The notes under the pieces: generated by a model
Database searches by the model: none
What the model was told of the DNA's origin: nothing
The model's input: only the letters and a program-made list of their open reading frames with translations
Origin: an uncultured Syntrophomonadaceae bacterium
GTDB taxonomy: Bacteria; Bacillota; Dethiobacteria; DTU022
NCBI GenBank assembly: GCA_964492615.1
Contig: CAZBKZ010000008.1
Span: 13,865-77,864, forward strand
Reading direction: 5' to 3'
Length of the DNA stretch: 64,000 nt
Made by a program: the position numbers and the translations under genes
In this document: one piece after another, positions 57,685 to 64,000 of the stretch
How positions within the stretch are numbered: the first letter of the stretch is position 1
Layout of the letters: each line of letters opens with the position of its first letter

Positions 57685-58141
57685 CTTTTGTTTCAACCAG
57701 GATGAAACGATCGATAATCACCGCTGCTCCCCTGGTAATTATAATGGCCAGGATTGTCCTTGTCACAATCAAAACTAAAGGGTTAGCCCCGAAAATTGAA
57801 AATATAACGGTATCTTCAATTACAGAATGTGAAATACTTAGAAAAATGCCAATCAGTAACAGGTCACGTTTATTCAGGTATCCTTCTTTGGCATAATCAA
57901 TTATCAGGGCTGAACCCAGTACTATACCAAAAAACATTCCACCCAGCAGGGGGAATGCCGCTTCCTGGGGCAGGGTTAAAAAAGCCAGGGCTCCCTTGAC
58001 CTTACCGGTAATTTTTTCAATGATCTTGTAATGCCTTGCCAGTTCAATAAGTATGATCACCGGAACCAAAATCAGGGCTATCCGGCCGATACCGGTCAGG
58101 GTCGAAAAAGCGGTATTAATTATTAACAAAAGAATTTCCAT
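57635..58141 (-). CDS. spmB: Nucleoside-recognition (Gate) domain membrane protein, SpmB-like
   Basis: Gate-domain hydrophobic profile; it is the second gene of a two-gene spmA/spmB-like pair. Confidence 0.5.
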   Translation of the reverse strand: MEILLLIINTAFSTLTGIGRIALILVPVIILIELARHYKIIEKITGKVKGALAFLTLPQEAAFPLLGGMFFGIVLGSALIIDYAKEGYLNKRDLLLIGIFLSISHSVIEDTVIFSIFGANPLVLIVTRTILAIIITRGAAVIIDRFILVETKVKPCKPGNQEKQQPPL

Positions 58142-58145
58142 TTAT

Positions 58146-58646
58146 TTAACCTCCTACTACCAGGCTGTAGACCAGGTTCAGTAAGATTCCCGCAACAATT
58201 GCCGTTAAAACTCGCAGAGCGACTGAGACTGGTATTCGAAGCCCTGTATAACTGCAAATGACACTTTCGATCGGAAGTTCATGGCAGATACCAATCATAA
58301 CTGCCAAAATAGTGATTTGGTGCGGCTCAGGGGTAAAAGTGGCAATAACGCCAAAGGCAGCATAAAAATTAACAAAAAAGCCAAGCAGCAATGCAATTGA
58401 GGCTTCCCCGGGCAAACCGAAGAGTGACATTGCCGGTGTAAAGAAGTGAGCGATTGACTCAATTATTCCAAGGTAATCAAGAACTGCTACCAGGCAGGAA
58501 ACGGGAATAACAATTTTTATCAGGAGCAGCAAGATCTGCAGGCTTTTAACTAAACCTTTTTTCAACGGTTCTGCAAGGGTTGACATTTTTAATTCTCCTT
58601 GTTTTCTTCTATTGATTTGGTGGTTTTCTTCAAATAGTGCCAGCAA
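58146..58646 (-). CDS. spmA: Nucleoside-recognition (Gate) domain membrane protein, SpmA-like
   Basis: Gate-domain hydrophobic profile; first gene of the pair. Confidence 0.5.
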   Translation of the reverse strand: MLALFEENHQINRRKQGELKMSTLAEPLKKGLVKSLQILLLLIKIVIPVSCLVAVLDYLGIIESIAHFFTPAMSLFGLPGEASIALLLGFFVNFYAAFGVIATFTPEPHQITILAVMIGICHELPIESVICSYTGLRIPVSVALRVLTAIVAGILLNLVYSLVVGG

Positions 58647-58682
58647 AATTTAATTATTCAGCAATAATATAAAAAAGAGAAG

Positions 58683-58700
58683 TGTCCCGGTTTGTAAAAC
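58683..58700 (-). terminator. Terminator hairpin downstream of the site-2 protease gene (minus strand)
   Basis: Perfect CCGGTTT-gta-AAACCGG stem; on the minus strand it is followed by cttctcttttttat. Confidence 0.5.
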
Positions 58701-58762
58701 CGGAACGCTTAACTGGTTTAATGATATAAGGACCGGTAGTTGTTTAGGAGATTTAGGACTTT

Positions 58763-59917
58763 TTAGTCTGAGCCGAGTACAGTATGCATCTGCATAAAAC
58801 GCATCATATCGGTATGGCTTAACAGCCCCACCAGGTCTCCTTCATCCATTACCAGGGCCCGTCCCCTGTTTTGAGAAGCCATTCTTAACATTACTTCGGC
58901 AGCATCAGCGTCTGGTTGAATAACCATGGTGTTTTTAAGTGGTGTGAGGATACGAGATACCCTGGTTTCAGACCATTTGTCACGCGGCACCTCTTTCATA
59001 TTCTGGAGGGTGACCAATCCATGGGTGGTCGACCCGTAAACAACGGGGAAAGCACCGTATTTGTAATGCAGAAAGCATTCTGCAAGTTCTTCAAGGGTAT
59101 CGTCCGGTGAAACTGTCTGCAAATTTCTGCTCATCAAGGTAGAAACTTTAATGCCGGCAAAGGTTTCTTTAAAGACAAGCTGTGAATAGCTTGATTGCCC
59201 GGCCTGGGAAATCATCCATCCTAAAAATATTAACCACAACCCCCAGAGGTCACCCTGGAAAAGGATCATTAAAAACCCTAAAACGATAACCAAAAAGGAA
59301 AGCACACTGCCAAGGCTAACGGCTATTCTCGTTGCTTTTAACATATTTTTATTAAACAACCAAACAATTGCCCTGAAAATGCGTCCACCGTCAAGGGGAA
59401 AGGCTGGAACGAGGTTGAAGAGAGCCATGATCAGGTTTAGCTGGGCGATAAAGTATACGGCTTCGCTTAAAATAAAACCGGGGGCAAGCAGGTAAAAATA
59501 TATAAACCCTAATACAAGGGCGATCGCCAGGCTGGTCAGGGGTCCTGCCGCTGTTATTTTTAATTCGGTGGAAGGATTAGTCGGTTCTGCTTCCATCTGG
59601 GCTACCCCCCCGAAAATAAACAGGGTGATTTTTTTAATCGGGATACCGGCCTTGATTGCCACCAGCGAATGGCCCAGTTCATGGGTTAGTACTGATATGA
59701 AAAATACAAGAGCGGTCAATATACCTGCTGCCCAGTATCCTGGCGGTGTAAGCCCTGCAACTGCTGTGGGGAAATAGACCCGGGCCAGGGTCAGGCTGAA
59801 TAGAAAGAAGACCAACAGCCAGCTGATGTTTACCTCAACTGGGATGCCTTTAATTGTAATGACCCTGAATGAACTGTTCACTGTTAACTCACCCTTTTTT
59901 GCAATTCTGTTGAACAT
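58763..59917 (-). CDS. Site-2 protease family (M50) zinc metalloprotease with C-terminal CBS pair
   Basis: HELGHSL zinc-binding motif within TM helices, LDGG motif, then two CBS domains; 384 aa. Confidence 0.75.
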   Translation of the reverse strand: MFNRIAKKGELTVNSSFRVITIKGIPVEVNISWLLVFFLFSLTLARVYFPTAVAGLTPPGYWAAGILTALVFFISVLTHELGHSLVAIKAGIPIKKITLFIFGGVAQMEAEPTNPSTELKITAAGPLTSLAIALVLGFIYFYLLAPGFILSEAVYFIAQLNLIMALFNLVPAFPLDGGRIFRAIVWLFNKNMLKATRIAVSLGSVLSFLVIVLGFLMILFQGDLWGLWLIFLGWMISQAGQSSYSQLVFKETFAGIKVSTLMSRNLQTVSPDDTLEELAECFLHYKYGAFPVVYGSTTHGLVTLQNMKEVPRDKWSETRVSRILTPLKNTMVIQPDADAAEVMLRMASQNRGRALVMDEGDLVGLLSHTDMMRFMQMHTVLGSD

Positions 59918-60084
59918 AGACCGGGCTTTATACCAGGTCAGGCTTTGTCATGGCATATCTCTTATTATAGCAGAGTATTTTTCCGGCATGCAATTGTTAC
60001 CCTGCCCTGATTATGAACATTATGATAAAATGGTATTGATTTTGCTCAAAAAGGTATCCTATATTTTTGCAGGGAGGGGCTTAT

Positions 60085-60510
60085 GTGACACCACGAAAAG
60101 CAGCTTTAATCATTACCCTGGACCTGGTTTTGCTCCTGGTGCTTTTGCTTATATTGAGTTTTTACGGTATGAGCCACCTGATGATATTCTTTCTCGGGCT
60201 CGTGTTTCTGGTGATTACCATTTATGATTTGCGAACCTCCTGCTTTTCTTCTCTGTTTTCTTCTTTTTTAAATCTAGCTGATTCAGAGGAAACTGGTCGT
60301 TTCAAATGGCTCCCTGTTTCATTGTCTGTCCTGCTTCTAATCTTCAGTGTGCCCGTACTCCTGGAACATGGTTTGGTCAACAGCAGTCAGCGCTGGGCTA
60401 TGCAGGGCGGACAGCTGTTTCGTGTTGCCATCCCGGCGGCATCCGGCACAGCAATAGTAATTATGATTGCCCTCTGGACGCTATTTAAGGGAGCAAAGCG
60501 AAAAGAATAA
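60085..60510 (+). CDS. Hypothetical small membrane protein
   Basis: Three or four predicted TM helices. GTG start with an AGGGAGGGG RBS. No recognisable family. Confidence 0.35.
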   Translation: MTPRKAALIITLDLVLLLVLLLILSFYGMSHLMIFFLGLVFLVITIYDLRTSCFSSLFSSFLNLADSEETGRFKWLPVSLSVLLLIFSVPVLLEHGLVNSSQRWAMQGGQLFRVAIPAASGTAIVIMIALWTLFKGAKRKE

Positions 60511-60516
60511 ACGTGA

Positions 60517-61644
60517 TTAAATCAATTCTTCGAGAGAAATAGAAACTTCCTCTCTCACTTCGCGATCAGGTTCATTTATTAAAGATTTTTCAAGATAGAA
60601 CCTGGCCTTTTCCCCCCCGAGATGGCACAGAGCCCAGGCAGCATGAAGGCGGATTACCGGACGATGGTCATTTTCCAGGAGACGGGCCAGTGGTTTAATT
60701 GCTACTTCACTGCCGCTGTTGCCCAGGGCGATGACGGCATTCCTTTGGATGGTGGTTTTACCCCGCCAGCCTGCTGAAGTGAGGCCGATTGTGCAGTCAA
60801 AATCTTTGCGGGTTATAGAAATCAGGGGAATCAGTAGTGGTTCAGCCGGAAAAAGATTTGGGTATTCTGCAATGCCTGGTGCATTGTCTTTGCTTCTGTT
60901 GAAAGGACATATTTCCTGGCAGTAGTCACAGCCATAAATCTTGTTTTGTAAAAGGGTGCGAAATTGTCGGGGGAATATACCTGATGCCTGGGTTAAATAG
61001 GAGAGGCAGCGATAAGGGTCGATAGTATAAGGCTCAATCAGGGCGCCTGTCGGGCAGTTATCAATACACAGTCTGCAGTCACCGCACGATCGGTTATCAG
61101 GGTTGTCTGAAGGTTTGATGAAACGGCTTACCAGAATTGTCCCCAGTGCAACATAGGAGCCATGCTTACGACTGATTAAAGTGCAGTTTTTACCTATGAA
61201 GCCCAGTCCGCTTTTATATGCCAACTCTCTTTCCAGCAGGGGACTGCGATCAGTGAGGATACGAAAAACAAGCTTTTGCCTGGCCGACTGGTTCAACTTT
61301 TCCATAAATTCCTTCGCCTGGTTTTCCACTATTGCATGATAATCTAGAGTTCGCGCGCAGCGGGCTACCAGACCTTTTGGCTCAAAAGCAATTGTGGGAG
61401 CCGTGTTGCCGGGTAGGTTATAAGGTATGGCAACAGTAATGATTGAACGGCAGTTGTCAAACAGGGCAGCAGGTGAAAGACGTAGTTCTACATCTTTTGT
61501 TTCAAAGGGACTAAGCCGGTTTTCGGCAGCTCTTTTCTCCAGGCGTTCACGCATGTAGGTTAAAGGTTCGGCTGTAGTAACTCCGATATCGCTTATTCCG
61601 GTTGAAGCAGCTGCCCTTTTAATTGTTTCTTCACTGACAGGCAA
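60517..61644 (-). CDS. queG: tRNA epoxyqueuosine(34) reductase QueG
   Basis: C..C..C...CP (CGDCRLCIDNCP) ferredoxin motifs, a second Cys cluster, C-terminal HEAT-like repeats. TTG start with an AAAGGAGA RBS. Confidence 0.8.
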   Translation of the reverse strand: MPVSEETIKRAAASTGISDIGVTTAEPLTYMRERLEKRAAENRLSPFETKDVELRLSPAALFDNCRSIITVAIPYNLPGNTAPTIAFEPKGLVARCARTLDYHAIVENQAKEFMEKLNQSARQKLVFRILTDRSPLLERELAYKSGLGFIGKNCTLISRKHGSYVALGTILVSRFIKPSDNPDNRSCGDCRLCIDNCPTGALIEPYTIDPYRCLSYLTQASGIFPRQFRTLLQNKIYGCDYCQEICPFNRSKDNAPGIAEYPNLFPAEPLLIPLISITRKDFDCTIGLTSAGWRGKTTIQRNAVIALGNSGSEVAIKPLARLLENDHRPVIRLHAAWALCHLGGEKARFYLEKSLINEPDREVREEVSISLEELI

Positions 61645-61881
61645 GACATTTTCTCCTTTTCAAAAACTATAAAGCCGTTTGTTGGCAAGCAGGTAGAGTT
61701 GTTTATATTTAATACTGAACTTGTCATTATTACAAAACAGATGAAGAAATAATGGTGTTATTGATGATTACATATTACTAACCAGATAATTATTTGTAAA
61801 GATTGTTTACTGATGACTGTATTGCTAATCATTGCAACGATATTCCAGAAAAACTGCAGGAATCGGAATAGATGAAGAAGA

Positions 61882-62175
61882 ATGTACTTAAATGATGGAG
61901 GATTAATAATACAGGCTTTTCAGGAGGTTGACACAGAAGTGGGTTCTCCCTGGGTTGTTTTAACTGAAGCCTCTGATGATTTGGAAGCTGATATAATAAT
62001 CGGTTTCTTAAGAGATAGAGGTGTGCCTGCTGAAAAGGCTGACAGCAGTCCTTATACCGGAGCGATGAGAGTAATCAGCGGAATGGCTATCGAAGTCCAG
62101 GTTATTGTGCCTGAAAAATTTTATGATGAAGCCATTCAGTTAATTGATAACCTGGAAGGAGGTTCAGATCAGTAA
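61882..62175 (+). CDS. Small DUF2007-like protein (putative signal-transducing protein fold)
   Basis: 97 aa. The W/VVL.....D..EA.II.G.L...G pattern resembles DUF2007. Confidence 0.35.
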   Translation: MYLNDGGLIIQAFQEVDTEVGSPWVVLTEASDDLEADIIIGFLRDRGVPAEKADSSPYTGAMRVISGMAIEVQVIVPEKFYDEAIQLIDNLEGGSDQ

Positions 62176-62177
62176 AT

Positions 62178-63161
62178 ATGGAACCGGTAAAAAAACCATT
62201 TTTTTCAGATAAGCCGCAGGGCGAAAGAAATGCTTATTATTTACTATTCATTCTGACAGCAATTTCAGCTATATTTTTAATATTGTTCTGGCCGCAAACA
62301 AGAAGTATGGATTTGGCAGTTGCCTTGCATGGGTTGTCCAGCCGTTTTGTTGAAATGTTTTTCAGGGCGGTTACCTTTCTTGGCGATGACCAGTTCTTCA
62401 TGATTTTTTTTTCAATCATAATCTGGTGTGTTAACAAGATTCTCGGGTTCTGGAGTGCTTTTATGCTGCTCTCTTCGGCTACATACAGCAATTTTATCAA
62501 GGATTTAACTCTCCTCGAACGCCCTGCCCTGGAAGGAGTAAATCATCCTGAGGGTAGTTATGCTTTTCCCAGCGGACATACATTAACTGCGGTGACAGTT
62601 TGGCCTTACATGGCGGTCAGGTTAAAGAAGCGGGGATACTGGATCTGGGCTGCTGCTGCCATTGTGTTAATTGGTTTTTCCCGTTTAGTCTTAGGCTATC
62701 ACTTTTTAGGTGATATCCTGGGAGGGATAGCATTTGGAATACCCTTTTTGTGTTTCTTTTTATGGCTTAGTCATCTGTTTTATTCAAAAAGCTGGCATGA
62801 ACGATTTTCCATCTCCCTCTTAATAACCCTTGCTGTTGTTGTTCCGCTATTCCTGACTGCGCTTCTTCCGGGAGCTGACCCTCCTAAGATACTTGGCTAC
62901 CTTTGTGGCGCTTCTCTCGGTTACATAATAGAAAGAAATAAAATAGGGATGGTTGAAAAAGCACCTTTTTACAAGCAAATTATTAAGGTTATGATTGGTC
63001 TTGCCGTGCTGTTCGGAATAATAGTCGGATTGGGAGGCGTTTTGCCATCCTCTGTTGTTTGGCTCGGCTTTATTCGTTATGCCCTGGCTGGAGTTTGGGT
63101 TACCCTGTTTGCTCCAATGGTTTTCGTTGCCCTAAAACTTTCGGCAGGTAAGAGCAGGTAA
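62178..63161 (+). CDS. PAP2-family phosphatase fused to a multi-TM domain
   Basis: PAP2 motifs: FPSGHT and SRLVLGYHFLGDILGG within membrane helices; 327 aa. Confidence 0.65.
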   Translation: MEPVKKPFFSDKPQGERNAYYLLFILTAISAIFLILFWPQTRSMDLAVALHGLSSRFVEMFFRAVTFLGDDQFFMIFFSIIIWCVNKILGFWSAFMLLSSATYSNFIKDLTLLERPALEGVNHPEGSYAFPSGHTLTAVTVWPYMAVRLKKRGYWIWAAAAIVLIGFSRLVLGYHFLGDILGGIAFGIPFLCFFLWLSHLFYSKSWHERFSISLLITLAVVVPLFLTALLPGADPPKILGYLCGASLGYIIERNKIGMVEKAPFYKQIIKVMIGLAVLFGIIVGLGGVLPSSVVWLGFIRYALAGVWVTLFAPMVFVALKLSAGKSR

Positions 63162-63260
63162 TTATACTTATTTTTATCGTAATTTTATTTGTAATAAGCT
63201 ATAATGAAAAAAGTTAAAGGCATCAGTATTTTAATTGCATTTACCCTGGAGGTGAACTAG

Positions 63261-63464
63261 TTGATCGGCGGCAAAATTGGATTATGGGAAATATTGCTTA
63301 TACTTGCTGTTGCCCTGATCATATTCGGCCCGGCCAAGCTTCCTGAGTTGGGGCGCTCTATTGGTAACGGATTAAGGGAATTTAAAAAGGCGACCAGGGA
63401 ATTAAAAGAGAGTGTAAGCATAAACGAGTCTGATATTGATTTAGATGAGGACAAGAATCAGTAA
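63261..63464 (+). CDS. tatA: Twin-arginine translocase TatA/E-family protein (copy 1)
   Basis: G.WE....L.V.L.IFGP.KLPELGR..G...REFKKA consensus. Confidence 0.8.
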   Translation: MIGGKIGLWEILLILAVALIIFGPAKLPELGRSIGNGLREFKKATRELKESVSINESDIDLDEDKNQ

Positions 63465-63580
63465 TAGCCTGTTGAGCGCTGAAAAAGCTCAAACCTGAAG
63501 TTTTTGTTTGAAAAGGAGTTTGTGATACAATAATAACTAAGTAAACATGATTTACTTATTATTACCGGGGAGGATACAAT

Positions 63581-63769
63581 ATGTTCGGTAAGATTGGGCC
63601 ACTGGAAATAGGGCTGATTTTAGTAATAATCCTGCTAATATTTGGTGCAAAAAAACTGCCTGAACTGGCCAAGGCCATTGGTAAAAGTGTGGTTGAACTG
63701 AAAGATGGGCTTAAAGGCGGTTCTGATTCCGACGAATCAACACCTTCGAATTCTGAACCGAAAAAATAA
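63581..63769 (+). CDS. tatA: Twin-arginine translocase TatA/E-family protein (copy 2)
   Basis: MFGKIGPLEIGLILVIILLIFGAKKLPELAKAIGKSV; TatA consensus. Confidence 0.8.
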   Translation: MFGKIGPLEIGLILVIILLIFGAKKLPELAKAIGKSVVELKDGLKGGSDSDESTPSNSEPKK

Positions 63770-63846
63770 AGATGACCTTTTCCAACTGATGCTAAATTAT
63801 TATTCATTGAGGCAGTGGTTAGGATACCGGGAGGTATTCAGCAACT

Positions 63847-64000
63847 TTGAGTAAAAACAAAGACGGTACAATGACCGTTCTTGAACATCTTGCGGAGTTG
63901 CGGTTGCGCCTGCTCATATCAGCAGGCGTTTTGCTTGTGACTGCGATGATCTGCTTTGCATACATTGAAGTAATCCGTTCAGTTATCACAGTTCCCCTTG
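63847..64000 (+). CDS. tatC: Twin-arginine translocase subunit TatC, 3'-partial (continues beyond window)
   Basis: ..MTVLEHLAELRLRLLISAGVLLV..FAY matches the TatC N-terminus. TTG start after GGGAGGT. Confidence 0.65.
   Translation, partial: MSKNKDGTMTVLEHLAELRLRLLISAGVLLVTAMICFAYIEVIRSVITVPL

Overview
This 64 kb window looks like a chromosomal segment from an anaerobic, Clostridia-like Firmicute with moderate GC content (judged by eye at roughly 45%, not computed). Genes are densely packed on both strands, and I saw no transposases, CRISPR arrays, rRNA or obvious tRNA genes. The window holds about 60 coding sequences. Main contents, from start to end: (1) cysK (5' partial), an Rrf2 regulator and a CopA copper P-type ATPase. 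(2) Two adjacent genes that each need an in-frame UGA read as selenocysteine: a peroxiredoxin with UGA at the peroxidatic Cys position (PrxU-like), and an ArsC/Spx-family thioredoxin-fold protein with a U-x-x-C motif; each has a SECIS-like hairpin just downstream of the UGA. (3) A macro-domain protein and a gatC-gatA-gatB operon in which the GatA-like protein has all three amidase catalytic-triad residues substituted. (4) serC, a znuA-znuC-znuB-zur zinc-uptake operon, yloV and a DUF523/DUF1722 fusion. (5) A cell-envelope cluster: a DUF2207 membrane protein, a lipoprotein with four tandem repeats, and two tandem paralogous zinc-ribbon/TM/parallel beta-helix proteins. (6) A CoA-disulfide reductase-rhodanese fusion, lgt, msrB, dtxR-feoA-feoB, an isolated hisF and a GNAT acetyltransferase. 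(7) The mrfB/mrfA (yprB/yprA) exonuclease-helicase pair. (8) A lysine-fermentation-like cluster, kdd - saccharopine-dehydrogenase-like - kal - kce, followed by a separately transcribed glutamate-1-semialdehyde-aminomutase-like enzyme; no kamA/kamDE is present in the window. (9) A TIGR01212 radical SAM protein, mnmG, nadE, a glutaredoxin-like protein and a CDF exporter. (10) A quaternary-amine methyl-transfer locus: a non-pyrrolysine MttB-family methyltransferase, a corrinoid protein, an unusual 416-aa SAM-dependent methyltransferase, an OpuC-like four-gene betaine ABC importer, a CBS protein and a second MttB-family paralog. A B12-box-like element lies in the 400-nt leader of this locus. (11) galU, an intact amidase, spmA/spmB, a CBS-containing site-2 protease, queG, a PAP2 phosphatase, two tatA genes and the start of tatC. 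The most interesting observations are the selenoprotein pair, the catalytically degenerate GatA, the atypical kdd/kal/kce cluster, and the betaine-type corrinoid methyltransferase locus with its embedded SAM-methyltransferase and candidate cobalamin riboswitch.
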